Assembly (NCBI GenBank): GCA_965226055.1 | Contig: CBDDCA010000006.1 | Coordinates: 224,001-288,000, forward strand | Length of the DNA: 64,000 nt | Origin: Spirochaetia bacterium | Lineage (GTDB): Bacteria > Spirochaetota > Spirochaetia > WTKD01 > G963693115 | Reading direction: 5' to 3' | In this document: positions 10,175 through 21,039 of the stretch, piece after piece | How positions within the stretch are numbered: the first letter of the stretch is position 1 | Layout of the letters: every line of letters begins with the position of its first letter | Made by a program: the position numbers and the translations under genes | Notes under the pieces: model-generated | Seen by the model: only the letters and a program-made list of their open reading frames with translations | Told to the model about the DNA's origin: nothing | Database searches by the model: none

Positions 10175-11263
10175 CTACCCTACAGTGTTCTTGTACCACT
10201 CATAGGTAGCACTAATCCCTTCTTCAATACTTGTGGTAGGTGTCCATCCAAAAGTTTGCATTCTTTCTATATCTGATAGTTTGACAAGAGTACCATCAGG
10301 TTTCGATATATCGTACCTAAACTCACCAGTATACCCTACCTGCTCTTTTATACATTCTGCTAACTCTGTAATACTATAATCAGTCCCTGAGCCAATATTA
10401 AGATGCGTGTTGCGAATCTCTGTTGTATTGTCTTTCGTATTGATTTTTGTATTGGGATGGCCTCTCTTATGTACTATCATCGAAAAATCAATATGCTTCA
10501 TAATATGAAGACATGCCTGTGCCATGTCCTCAATATAGAGTAAATCACGACGCGGTTTTCCACTACCCCATATTTCTACTGTATCTTTATGTACCCCTAT
10601 GGAGCTAAGTATTTCCTGTGCTTGCTCTTTCTTTATAGCCCCTACATTGTTTTGTATAGCATCCCACTTATTGTGTTGCAATAAATATGCTAAATATATT
10701 TTGCGTAACAAAGCAGGCAATACATGTGATGTCTTAAAATCAAAATTATCGTGTGGACCATACAGATTAGTGGGCATAGCAGTAACAAAATTAGTACCAT
10801 ACTGTATGTTATAGCTTTCACACATTTTTATACCAGCAATTTTTGCTATAGCATAGGGTTCATTTGTATACTCTAAGGGGGCCGTAAGTAAATATTCTTC
10901 CTTAATTGGTTGTAAGGTCTGTTTTGGATAAATACAGGTACTGCCTAAGAGCAGTAATTTTTTCACTCCTACTGCATAACATTGTTCAATAACATTACTT
11001 TGAATCATAATGTTTTTATAGATAAAATCAGCTCGATATATGTTGTTTGCTAAAATGCCTCCCACCTTTGCTGCAGCAAGAAAGACATACTCAGGCTTTT
11101 CTTTTTCAAAGAATTTCCGTGTTGCTTGCTGATTACATAAATCAAGCTCTTGGTGTGTTTTTACAATAATGTTTGTATACCCCTGCTGTTGCAAAGCAAT
11201 ATACAAAGCACTTCCCACTAATCCTCTGTGTCCTGCTATATAAATTTTACTTGTCTTTTCCAT
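10175..11263 (-). CDS. fcl: GDP-L-fucose synthase
   Basis: AGHRGLVGSA, AAAKVGGILAN, GSTCIYPK, TNEPYAIAK, MPTNLYGP. Confidence 0.95.
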   Translation of the reverse strand: MEKTSKIYIAGHRGLVGSALYIALQQQGYTNIIVKTHQELDLCNQQATRKFFEKEKPEYVFLAAAKVGGILANNIYRADFIYKNIMIQSNVIEQCYAVGVKKLLLLGSTCIYPKQTLQPIKEEYLLTAPLEYTNEPYAIAKIAGIKMCESYNIQYGTNFVTAMPTNLYGPHDNFDFKTSHVLPALLRKIYLAYLLQHNKWDAIQNNVGAIKKEQAQEILSSIGVHKDTVEIWGSGKPRRDLLYIEDMAQACLHIMKHIDFSMIVHKRGHPNTKINTKDNTTEIRNTHLNIGSGTDYSITELAECIKEQVGYTGEFRYDISKPDGTLVKLSDIERMQTFGWTPTTSIEEGISATYEWYKNTVG

Positions 11264-11344
11264 GCTATTCTACTATCTACATGTATGTATTTTTATGATA
11301 CCTATACATAGCCATTGTATTTCTCTTACTCATAATCATATATA

Positions 11345-12484
11345 TCATTCATAAAAATTACGAATAGAATACCCTCCATCTTTAATAAAGAGTTCTTTTT
11401 TCATAAGATTTATATCATACTCCATCATTTCATTGATTAAATCTTGCATATTGTACTCTGGATACCATCCAAGCTCATTATTTGCTTTTGAAGGATCTCC
11501 TAACAACAACTCTACTTCGGTTGGACGATAATATCGCTTATCGACTTTAATGACTACATCCCCTCTTGCAAGCTGAAACTCGGACTGAAGAGTAAGCTCG
11601 TCTACTCTCTGCGTATCTATATGAGCTACTACCGCAGTTTCTTCCTCTCCTTTTCCTTCAAAGGCAAGTTCTACTCCTACATATGCAAAAGCAAGTTTCA
11701 AAAAATCGCGTACCGAACATGTTTTTCCTGTGGCAACAACCCAATCATCAGGAGATGAATGCTGCATCATCATCCACATAGCACGAACATAATCTTTTGC
11801 ATGCCCCCAATCTCTTTTTGCATCAAGGTTTCCTAAATAACAGCATTTTTGCAATCCTAATATGATACGTGCTATTGCTCGTGTTATTTTTCGTGTAACA
11901 AATACCTCACCTCGCCTAGGACTCTCATGATTAAAGAGTATTCCATTACAAGCAAACATATTGTACGCTTCACGATAGTTTACGGTAATCCAATAGGCAT
12001 ATAGCTTTGCAACTCCGTAGGGAGATCGCGGATAAAATGGAGTACTTTCTTTCTGTGGCACTTCTTGTACCAGACCATACAACTCACTTGTACTTGCTTG
12101 ATAAAACTTACTTTGCAGACCTAACGATCGTATAGCTTCCAACATACGCAAAGTACCTAAAGCGTCCGCATTTGCAGTATATTCTGGTGTTTCAAAACTA
12201 ACCTTCACATGGCTTTGAGCAGCAAGATTATATATTTCATCGGGCTGTACTTGCTGTAAGATGTTAGTGATATTAAGGCTATCAGTCATATCTCCATAAT
12301 GGAGTATAAATCTTCTATTATCGACATGAGGATCTTTATATAAATAATCTATTCTCTCTGTATTGATTTGCGAAGATCGTCTCTTTATTCCATGAACAAC
12401 ATACTCTTTTTTCAACAAAAAATCTGCAAGATAGGACCCGTCTTGTCCTGTAATTCCAGTGATGATAGCAATTTTTTTACTCAC
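11345..12484 (-). CDS. gmd: GDP-mannose 4,6-dehydratase
   Basis: [46 protein letters not shown]; GTG start. Confidence 0.97.
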   Translation of the reverse strand: MSKKIAIITGITGQDGSYLADFLLKKEYVVHGIKRRSSQINTERIDYLYKDPHVDNRRFILHYGDMTDSLNITNILQQVQPDEIYNLAAQSHVKVSFETPEYTANADALGTLRMLEAIRSLGLQSKFYQASTSELYGLVQEVPQKESTPFYPRSPYGVAKLYAYWITVNYREAYNMFACNGILFNHESPRRGEVFVTRKITRAIARIILGLQKCCYLGNLDAKRDWGHAKDYVRAMWMMMQHSSPDDWVVATGKTCSVRDFLKLAFAYVGVELAFEGKGEEETAVVAHIDTQRVDELTLQSEFQLARGDVVIKVDKRYYRPTEVELLLGDPSKANNELGWYPEYNMQDLINEMMEYDINLMKKELFIKDGGYSIRNFYE

Positions 12485-12546
12485 CTTATTAGTGTACTAT
12501 ATGCTATATTTAAGAGCAATATGTGTGTTTCCACATCATAAGATAA

Positions 12547-13059
12547 CTATTTATTTTGTAATCCCAGACGATAAATCATTGCTTTTTTAGAAACTTCAAA
12601 TGTATCAGCTAGATAAGGAATTACAATATCTTGATTTTGTATGAGCTCTAATTTCAGATTTTTTATTTTCTCTAAATATTCATGTATTTTATGTGTAGGC
12701 ATAATAATATTACTTGCTAATCTATTAGCTTCTAATTCTATTTCATTAGAAAGCCCACTCCTATATAAAGCATTTTCATTTATTCCATCTCCAATTTCTT
12801 TTCTATGTAAGAAATAATGAGCTAACTCATGAGCTAGAGTAAACCGCTGTCTTGTATGTGGGTGTAATACACTAACAATTATCTCATAGTCGTTGTCTTC
12901 TCTTCTTATAATTTTTCCTGACAAGCTATCTATATACTTATAGAAAACTTTTATTCCATAATAATCTGCTATTTCTTCTAAATTTACTGGAGTAGAATCT
13001 AATAATGAATCTTTTTTTAACAGTTCTAATATTTCTCTCATTTCTTTTATTTTATTCAT
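12547..13059 (-). CDS. ImmA/IrrE-family metallo-endopeptidase (peptidase M78)
   Basis: RQRFTLAHELAH (HExxH), ELEANRLASNIIMP, LADTFEVS. Confidence 0.9.
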   Translation of the reverse strand: MNKIKEMREILELLKKDSLLDSTPVNLEEIADYYGIKVFYKYIDSLSGKIIRREDNDYEIIVSVLHPHTRQRFTLAHELAHYFLHRKEIGDGINENALYRSGLSNEIELEANRLASNIIMPTHKIHEYLEKIKNLKLELIQNQDIVIPYLADTFEVSKKAMIYRLGLQNK

Positions 13060-13111
13060 TGAAGTAAACCTCCTAAATAATTATATATCAGAATTCATCA
13101 TCATTGCAGTT

Positions 13112-13552
13112 CTATATATCCCCAAAACCTTCATATACGCTGGCATTTATTTTTTCTCTTTGGTTATATTTTTTTTCTATTTTATTGTTTAGATCTTTTT
13201 CAATTCTTTTTCGCATTTCTTCTGTATCTTTTGCAATTCTTTTTTGCATTTCTCCTAATACTTTCATGCTTACTGATGTTTCTATTCTGTTATGTATTTC
13301 TTTCCATCCTATAATACCAAGTGCACCTATGCCTAAAGCAAAAGAACCTATAAGTATTTGTAATAAGGTTATTTGTAAACTTATTGCATCAACACTATTA
13401 AAATCATCATAATTACTATTATCAAAATGATCATATGCAGTTTTTATAGTGAAATAGAACATTCCTACCAAACTTAAGAAAAGTATTATTATCGCTATAC
13501 TAACAATAAAAGAAATTCCATTTTGTTTTTCATCTTTATTTTCTATACTCAT
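13112..13552 (-). CDS. Hypothetical membrane protein (two TM segments plus coiled-coil tail)
   Basis: 146-aa ORF with GGGAGA RBS, two hydrophobic stretches and a charged C-terminus. Confidence 0.7.
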   Translation of the reverse strand: MSIENKDEKQNGISFIVSIAIIILFLSLVGMFYFTIKTAYDHFDNSNYDDFNSVDAISLQITLLQILIGSFALGIGALGIIGWKEIHNRIETSVSMKVLGEMQKRIAKDTEEMRKRIEKDLNNKIEKKYNQREKINASVYEGFGDI

Positions 13553-13924
13553 ATTATATTTATTCTCCCGTTATCTCTAAATCACAAAAAACCAAGTAAA
13601 TAAGTAAATAACATAATATTCTCTCATTCTATATTAATATTGTAACATAGTTGTAAGTAAAATGTAATTAAAAATCTTATTTTTTTTGTATCAACACAGA
13701 GAGATAGCTTAAGATTTTAATTATATACTTAGGTTTATCCGTATAAAGAATACTTGAATTTGCATAACTTTGATTGCATATTTGTGCTGAACATAATAGA
13801 TTTTTTATAAATTACTCTAGTCTGCTTTTATACATAATTCCTGTATTTATAAAGTTGGAGTATTACTCTCTTGTATACTCTATCAAAAATGCCTTAGAAA
13901 CACTTTTTTACTACTCTTGAGGTT

Positions 13925-13960
13925 CTATAGCAAGAAAGGAGCTATCCTTTCTTGCTATAG
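13925..13960. terminator. Perfect 16-bp stem-loop downstream of the 1571-aa lipoprotein gene
   Basis: CTATAGCAAGAAAGGA-GCTA-TCCTTTCTTGCTATAG, 20 bp after the stop; no clear U-tract. Confidence 0.6.
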
Positions 13961-13979
13961 GTTGTATTGCTACACTATG

Positions 13980-16900
13980 CTATGATGTACATGCTGGATC
14001 ATTTTTACCAGCTAATGCCTGCGGGTACTGGCTTGTTTTGCCTGCCATAGCTGAACCTTGGAAATCAATGGCAAATAATTTTCCTATTTTACATAATTCC
14101 CATGATGATAAATCTTGATCAAATGCACTAGCGTTACCAAACATAGCACCCACAGAAGTAACATTCTTTACATTCCAGTTGCTTATGTCTTGATTAAAAG
14201 CAGTAGCATTACCAAACATAACAGTCATAAATGCAACTTTGCTCACATTCCAGTTTCCTATATCTTTATTAAAGGTACTTGCATTCAAAAACATATTACT
14301 CATAGTAGTAACACTACTTACATCCCAGTTTCCTATGTCTTGATTAAAAGCAGCAGCTTTGAAAAACATAGTATCCATACTCGTTACGCTACTTGTATTC
14401 CACTGTGTTATGTCTCCATTAAAAGTACTATCACTATCAAATAATTGAATCATATCAGTAATGGCACTCGTATCTATCATGTTGAGGTTGGGGCTAGGGT
14501 TACTGTTTCCTCCTGAACCTTGCCTTGTCTTTTCTTCACTGATAATAGTTTGTAGTGCTGATTTTGTTGTTGGTCTGTAATAGGCTTCTGCTTTTCCTGA
14601 TGGTGCTGTTCTTAGCTCTGTCTGTATAACGATAGTTGCTGGTACTTTTTTCTTTGAAGCAGTAAGGGTACACTGTGCTACATCATAGCTATACTCAGTA
14701 ATATTAGGATCACGTATATTGGATTTGTTTGCTATGCCTGTTATGGTAACTGTTTTGCTGTTCTGATCAAACGATACTGTAAGGCCTGTTTCTTGTTTGA
14801 TTTTCTTTGCATCTGCCTCTAGTATGTTTGCATCACAGGTAAAAGCATTGCCACTGGGTGTGCTTGCCAGTACTCTTGTAGTATTTGATGCTAGTGCTGT
14901 GCCTACTTCTGCTGATACTATGCTAGTGTTTCCTATAGATATTCCTCTTGCTTCAAACTCGTGGCGTTCTCCTGTTGATACTTTTGTGTCATCAGTGCTG
15001 TTTACTGCTTGTACTACTATTTCGTAGGTCGTTCCGTTTGTCAAGTTTGTCAGGGTAGTGTTTGTTGTTCCTGCTGCTATATTTTTTGTTGCTGTATTAG
15101 CATTTGCTTTTATCTGTGCTACGCTTCTCGTTGTATCACCACTTTTGGCAATGCTATATACCTTATACGATACCTGTGCTGCTGTTAGGGTAGCTCCTTT
15201 ATTTGTTTTGTGACTTGCACTGAGGCTGGGAGCTGTCCACGATACTCTCATACCTGTTTGGGCTACTCTCGTCTGTATGCTTGTTACTTCTGCAGGGGCA
15301 GTTGCCTGCGATGCGGTTGTTACGCTTGCTACTGTTGAGGAGGCCACTTTTTTGCTTGGGTCTGTTTTTACTGCTACTTCTACCACAAAGTAGTACTTTG
15401 TCGCTCCTTTTATTGCTACTACTGGTGCTGTGTCTGATGACAAGCCTAAACTGGCAAGGGCTGGTACTGTGTACACTCCACTTGTTGCACTGCCTAGGTT
15501 TACTTTTCTGCCTGCAAGTACTTCTGCTACGGTAGCTGTGCCGTCTTTCTGTAAGCCATATACTGTGTATACTAGCTTATCATTTGCTGTTATGCTTGTA
15601 CCATCGTAGTCTTTTGCTCCTGTAAATGTATTTAGCTCGGTAAGTACCAGCTTTATTGTTCCTGCTGTGTTTGTTGACGGTGATACTACTAGCTTTCCTG
15701 TCAGTAATGACTGATTTGGTGCCACTGCTTTGGAAGTATAGATTTCCTTTATTTCTGTTACATCGGTGTAAAAGCCTGCAGGAAAGAGCTTGTCGCTATT
15801 TGTTGCATCGTAATTGGGTGATGTTGTGTTGACTATCCTTACCCCTATGTAGTAATCCTTTGCTGTTTCTATGGGCGTTACTCCTGCATTGCTTCCACTG
15901 GTGCTGTCTACTATTGCTATGGATATTGTGTCTTGAGTTGTTCCTGTTGCTTTTGTGTATTTTGCTACCTTTACACTGCTTTTCTCTATCGCCCACAGAG
16001 CTGATACGCTGGCAGGCTTTCCTGTGGTATCTTCTTTCTTGAGGTATAGCACATAGTACGCAAGGTCTGTCGCTGCAAGAGGAGTACTATCCGCTTTGCT
16101 CACTCCTGCTATAGCTGAGGCGTTTACTTGCACTGTTATGACTTTTTTCCCTCTATTGCTTCCTGTTGTAGGTACTGCAAATACCACTGCATTATTTGTA
16201 GTATAGGTTGTTACTTTTGGTGTGCTTGGGGGAGCAGTAAGTGTTGCTTTCTTTATTGTTACTGATGCTCCTATACTATAGGCGGGATTGAGGCTGTTTA
16301 TTGCTTCTACTCCTGCAGTGTATGTTGCAGCTTTCTTTCCTATAAATCTTACTTGTAAGGTACTGTCTCCTGCTATATTCTGTGTTTGTACTCCTGCAAG
16401 GCCTTTTATTGCCTCTAGTGTTTTTGTGCTGTGGTCTCCTTCTGCTATGTATACTTTGTACTGTATTTGTGCCTGTGTAAGTTTGCTTCCACTGGGTGCT
16501 TTGTTAGTATCAGTAATGTCTCCTGCACTAAATGTATAGACTGCTGTTGCTGTTACTTGTGTTACTGATTCTACAGAGAGCTTTGCATCTTTTGCAGCGG
16601 GCGGTGCTGTTGAGGTACTATCGTATACTGCCACAGTATCGGAAAGAGTAGTTACAGGACTTACTATGTTATTTGCTATTGTCAAAAAGGTAAAGCGATA
16701 ATTCTTGGCATTTGCTTGTACCTTAGGTACTTCTAAGCCATCTGCTATCCCAAAAGTAATGGCTGTTACACTTCCTGTTATGCTTTTTTCTGCTACCAGT
16801 GTAGCTCCATCGTACATACGCAAGGTATAGTATCGTCCTATGCCTGGAGCTTGCTTAAAGGTTGCTTTTATTTGTATTGCTCCTGTTGTGTCTAAGCTAG

Positions 16901-18695
16901 GCTTGTTTTGAAAAAGATCTTCTGACGGAGCTGTGGGTTGCGGAGTAGTTATGTCTTTTGTTGCTTGTGTGCTTTTGTTTCCTGCATAGTCTATTGCTTG
17001 TATTGTTATGGTGTATGTTTTTCCTTGTGTGAGTTCTTCTACAGAGAGCGATGTTATGGGATAGGGTATTTTCTTCTCGCTCAGTACTGTGGTGCTTGTG
17101 CCTTTTTCTGCTATGCTCACGCTGTATTCTTTTATGTCTTTGTTATTGGCTTTTGTTGTATCGGGGGCTGTCCATGTTATCTGTGTGCCTATCTTTGTGG
17201 GTGATACAAAAGGATAGCTTGCTTGTATGCTTGTTACTGCATCGGGGGCGGTGCCATCATCTACTGTGGTGGTGGTTGCTGTTATTTTTGCTCCTTTGTT
17301 GCCTGTGTAATCTTGTGACTGTACTGCTATGCTGTATTCAGTGGTAGCTTTTAGTCCTGTTATCTGCGTGTTTCTTAGTGTTCTCTCTGTTATTGTTACT
17401 GTCTTTGCTGTTGTTGTTGTGCTGTCTTTTTCTGTTACTGTTATAGTCACTCCTGCATAGTCTCTTACATCGGGGGCTTGCCAGCCTACTACTATGCTTG
17501 TTGCTCCTCCTACTGCACTCACATTGCTTACAGGCTCTGTGCTTTTGTCTGTTGTTGCTTGTTCTTTTGACACTGCAGTGGAGTACTTTCCATTTTTAGA
17601 AACATACACTTCTACTTTGTAAGTAAGCGTGCCGTAGAGTTTTGTGAGGGCTATGCCATCTTTTGCTACATACACAGTGGCGTACTCTTGGTTGTCTGCA
17701 CTTGCAGAGCTGAGTTTGGCTGTACTGCTATTGCTCACTGTTTCGTATGCTATGAGAGTATTTGTTGCTGTTGCTATCACGCGTACTTGCAGACTTTTGT
17801 CTGTAAAGGTAAAGCTCCCCCACTGAATAAGCAGGCTTTCATCGGCTGGGCTATTGCTTTTATCGTTTGCTGTTACTGTAAGGTCTGATGCGGAAAGTGG
17901 CGTTACTGTCTGTGAGAGTGCTGATGGCACTATGCCTCTGAGTGCTTGCTTTGCCGTGCTTTCGTTGCCATTGCTATCTCTGTATACTACCACTACATCA
18001 TAGCTTATGCCGTCTATAGTAGGGACAGCAATAGTTACTTCTCCTTGTGTTACATCTTGTACTGTTACTTCTTTTTTTACATTAGTGGTGCTTTCTATCA
18101 CCTGTACTATGGCTTCGGCTATGTCTGTTTTGCCTGACGAGAGCAGTGCTTTGTCCCATGTTATCTTTATGCCATTTGTTGCTTTCGTCACTGCTACCTT
18201 GTTGAAGGTATCTTGAGGTTTCGTTGTATCTGTCAATGTTGTCACAGAGCGGGTTGTTTTTGGTGATACTTCTGTATCTGACTTCTGGGCTTCTATCTCT
18301 ACAGTATAATCGGTAGTGGCATGCAAGCCTCTGAGTACATAGGGTCTGTTTTGTTGAAACAATGTACGATATTCTATTGCAGGAACACGCACCTGTATAG
18401 ATTGTGCTGGTGTTGTTGATGTAGCTTTTACAACTACATGCGTAGCATCGCTGGGAGCTTCCCAGCGTAACGAGAGCGTCCCATCGTTGCCTGCTGCTTG
18501 TATCTGCACATTGGACACTGATGCAAGTGTCGGGGTTATTGGTGTCCCCCCTCCGCCTGAGGAACTACTGCTACTCTCTGCACATCCTACGAGTACGAGG
18601 GTAGTTATTGCTAGCACTAAAAATAGTGCAACAACTATAAATATGTTCAGCTTACTATTTATCTGATAGTTTAGTTTTTCATTACTTTTTTTCAT
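13980..18695 (-). CDS. Large surface lipoprotein: multiple FN3-like domains plus C-terminal DUF285 (BspA-like) repeats
   Basis: Lipobox LVLVG-C then Ser/Gly tether; W-x-AP...Y-x-V/I-x-V/I-x-A FN3 patterns; FNQDIGNWDVSSVTTMSNMF repeats; AAGGAG RBS. Confidence 0.9.
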   Translation of the reverse strand: MKKSNEKLNYQINSKLNIFIVVALFLVLAITTLVLVGCAESSSSSSGGGGTPITPTLASVSNVQIQAAGNDGTLSLRWEAPSDATHVVVKATSTTPAQSIQVRVPAIEYRTLFQQNRPYVLRGLHATTDYTVEIEAQKSDTEVSPKTTRSVTTLTDTTKPQDTFNKVAVTKATNGIKITWDKALLSSGKTDIAEAIVQVIESTTNVKKEVTVQDVTQGEVTIAVPTIDGISYDVVVVYRDSNGNESTAKQALRGIVPSALSQTVTPLSASDLTVTANDKSNSPADESLLIQWGSFTFTDKSLQVRVIATATNTLIAYETVSNSSTAKLSSASADNQEYATVYVAKDGIALTKLYGTLTYKVEVYVSKNGKYSTAVSKEQATTDKSTEPVSNVSAVGGATSIVVGWQAPDVRDYAGVTITVTEKDSTTTTAKTVTITERTLRNTQITGLKATTEYSIAVQSQDYTGNKGAKITATTTTVDDGTAPDAVTSIQASYPFVSPTKIGTQITWTAPDTTKANNKDIKEYSVSIAEKGTSTTVLSEKKIPYPITSLSVEELTQGKTYTITIQAIDYAGNKSTQATKDITTPQPTAPSEDLFQNKPSLDTTGAIQIKATFKQAPGIGRYYTLRMYDGATLVAEKSITGSVTAITFGIADGLEVPKVQANAKNYRFTFLTIANNIVSPVTTLSDTVAVYDSTSTAPPAAKDAKLSVESVTQVTATAVYTFSAGDITDTNKAPSGSKLTQAQIQYKVYIAEGDHSTKTLEAIKGLAGVQTQNIAGDSTLQVRFIGKKAATYTAGVEAINSLNPAYSIGASVTIKKATLTAPPSTPKVTTYTTNNAVVFAVPTTGSNRGKKVITVQVNASAIAGVSKADSTPLAATDLAYYVLYLKKEDTTGKPASVSALWAIEKSSVKVAKYTKATGTTQDTISIAIVDSTSGSNAGVTPIETAKDYYIGVRIVNTTSPNYDATNSDKLFPAGFYTDVTEIKEIYTSKAVAPNQSLLTGKLVVSPSTNTAGTIKLVLTELNTFTGAKDYDGTSITANDKLVYTVYGLQKDGTATVAEVLAGRKVNLGSATSGVYTVPALASLGLSSDTAPVVAIKGATKYYFVVEVAVKTDPSKKVASSTVASVTTASQATAPAEVTSIQTRVAQTGMRVSWTAPSLSASHKTNKGATLTAAQVSYKVYSIAKSGDTTRSVAQIKANANTATKNIAAGTTNTTLTNLTNGTTYEIVVQAVNSTDDTKVSTGERHEFEARGISIGNTSIVSAEVGTALASNTTRVLASTPSGNAFTCDANILEADAKKIKQETGLTVSFDQNSKTVTITGIANKSNIRDPNITEYSYDVAQCTLTASKKKVPATIVIQTELRTAPSGKAEAYYRPTTKSALQTIISEEKTRQGSGGNSNPSPNLNMIDTSAITDMIQLFDSDSTFNGDITQWNTSSVTSMDTMFFKAAAFNQDIGNWDVSSVTTMSNMFLNASTFNKDIGNWNVSKVAFMTVMFGNATAFNQDISNWNVKNVTSVGAMFGNASAFDQDLSSWELCKIGKLFAIDFQGSAMAGKTSQYPQALAGKNDPACTS

Positions 18696-18976
18696 AATGT
18701 TCTCCTTATAATTATCTATTTATTGTATAATTGCCATTATACACAGTACACAAGTATCATTATAGCAAAAATACTATTTTTTGTGTTATGTCTGAAAATT
18801 AAAAAAAAAAAAAATACACTGGATTACACAAAAATGCATAGCAAAAAGTGATAATAATGCTACAATAGAGATGCTATGAACAAAAAGGAAAGCACACAAA
18901 CTGCACGAATTCAAGGAACAAAAAAGAGCAAGGAAAATAAAAATTAGTCCTTGAATCTGCGGGATATGGTATCTGT

Positions 18977-20774
18977 TCAAAAAGATCGTTTTTCTTCTTC
19001 TGTTAATTTTGAAAATTCAATATTAAAATACTTTCCTTTTTGAGGTTTTGCTTGAAAGAAGCATATTTTATCTTTATTTCCATTTTCGGTATTTAAAAGT
19101 TTACAAAGTAACTTTTTATCTTTAGATGATGTTTTTAGTCCAAAAATAATTTTTGTCACAGATAACAATCCTTCTTTAAACTTCCCGTTACTATCCTGGG
19201 GCTTATTTTTACTAAAAAGTATAAAACGTCCTTCATTTTCATATTTCCATTGTTTGTCTTTAATAGCAAAAATGTCTTCTAGTTTGTTATCTATCTTATC
19301 ATTACTATACTTTACAGGAGCATATAAGATATAGTCTTTTTCTTTTCCTTCTTCTGATAATACTTTATCAATTTTATCTTTATCAATCATCATTTCATAC
19401 TCTATACATATTCCTCTATGATTATCAGCATAGTGGCTAAACAGTAATGTATTATTTACTATCTCATCTGGCTTATATTCAAATTCTTTTGTTTGCTTTG
19501 AAACTGTAAATGAAAGTATGTATGGCGTAAAAGATTTATCTTCAAATATAGACTCATACATAGGACATTCCAATGGATCATTAAGTGATGCAATATCACT
19601 AAAATATACTTGCTTATTGACAAGCATCTCTATTGTATTTTTATTGATAGGTCTAAATTTATAATATCTTGCTTTTCCATATCCATCTTTGATATTCTTA
19701 CATTTTGTTTTTATCGCTTTTTCATAATCTTCTTTCGCCTCTGCTTTTGCTTCTTCATATTGCCCAAAAAAATACTTTACTTGTCCTCTGTTATAGTATG
19801 CTTCTGCATACTCTCTATCAATTTCTATCGCTTCATCATAATCCTTTATCGCTTCTTCATATCGCTCCAAAGCATACTTTGCTCGCCCTCTGTTATAATA
19901 TGCTTCTGCATACTGTTTATCACATTTTATCGCCTCATCATAATCTTTTATCGCTTCTTCATATCGCTCCAAAGCATACTTTGCTCGCCCTCTGTTATAA
20001 TATGCTTCTGCATACTGTTTATCACATTTTATCGCCTCATCATAATCTTTTATCGCTTCTTCATATTGCCCCAAAGCATACTTTGCTTGCCCTATATCAT
20101 AATATGCTTCTGCTTGCTGTACATTATCCTTGTATCGCTTCATCATAATCCTTTATCGCTTCTTCATATCGCTCCAAAGCATACTTTGCTCGCCCTCTGT
20201 TATGATATGCTTCTACATACTCTTCATCATATTTTATCGCCTTGTCATAATCTTTTATCGCTTCTTCATATTGCTCCAAAGCATACTTTGCTCGCCCTCT
20301 GTTATAATATGCTTCTACATACTCTTCATCATATTTTATCGCCTCATCATAATCTTTTATCGCTTCTTCATATCGCTCCAAAGCATACTTTACTCGCCCT
20401 CTGCCATAATATGCTTTTGCATACTGTCTATTCAGTTTTATCGCTTCACCATAATCTTTTATCGCTTCTTCATATTGCTCCAAATCATACTTTTCTTGCC
20501 CTTTATTATAATATGCTTTTGCATACTGTTTATTCAGTTTTATCGCTTCACCATAATCTTTTATCGCTTCTTCATAATCTTCTTCTGCGTTATTTAAGTC
20601 TATCTTCTTTGCTTCGTCATAATCTTTCTTTGCTTCTTCTAATTTACCTAAAGACTCTAATAATAATGCTCTTTTAATATATGCATCTTTTTTACTCCCT
20701 TTCGTTACGTTATGTTGCTCAATAACATTAGTATAAAAAGATATATATTGATCGTACTCTTTTTGTTCTGACAT
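18977..20774 (-). pseudogene. TPR-repeat protein with C-terminal DUF2971-like domain, split by a +1 frameshift near 20125-20132
   Basis: ORFs 20124-20774 and 18977-20146 carry the same 34-aa AYYNRGRAKYALERYEEAIKDYDEAIK repeat; the junction unit is 1 nt longer than the others; C-terminus has SLNDPLEC, FSHYADNHRGICIEY, KQWKYENEGR. Confidence 0.8.
19750..20590. repeat. 102-bp tandem repeats encoding TPR units (about 8 near-identical copies; ends approximate)
   Basis: Recurrent ATAATCTTTTATCGCTTCTTCATATCGCTCCAAAGCATACTTTGCTCGCCCTCTGTT unit. Confidence 0.85.
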
Positions 20775-21039
20775 ACATTAACTCCTATAATCATTTAATA
20801 TTATATCACCTCTAAAGAGATTATGTTACAATAAATATGGTTAATTTATGAACTCAAGTAATAAACACAACAAGGGAAAAGCAATACAAAAAAAGAAAAT
20901 ATCTTCGTAGCCCATTATTGATAAAAATCTGAATTTTCATCTGCCTATTCATAAATTTTGAAAAATTAGTATAATTATATTGTTAGTATGTATAATAAAT
21001 TATTATACATACTAAGCCTAAGTTAAGGAGAAAACTATA

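Noticed and set aside
12547-13552. Prophage or ICE immunity region
   Set aside because: No integrase, repressor, structural or conjugation genes nearby
18786-18980. 64-aa minus-strand ORF
   Set aside because: Runs through the palindromic repeat and the poly-T tract; composition suggests a spurious ORF
20120-20135. Programmed frameshift or phase variation in the TPR gene
   Set aside because: No slippery heptamer or long homopolymer at the junction; a single-base insertion or sequencing error is simpler
19610-20677. 355-aa and other plus-strand ORFs over the TPR gene
   Set aside because: Antisense shadows of the 102-bp repeats; periodic low-complexity translation
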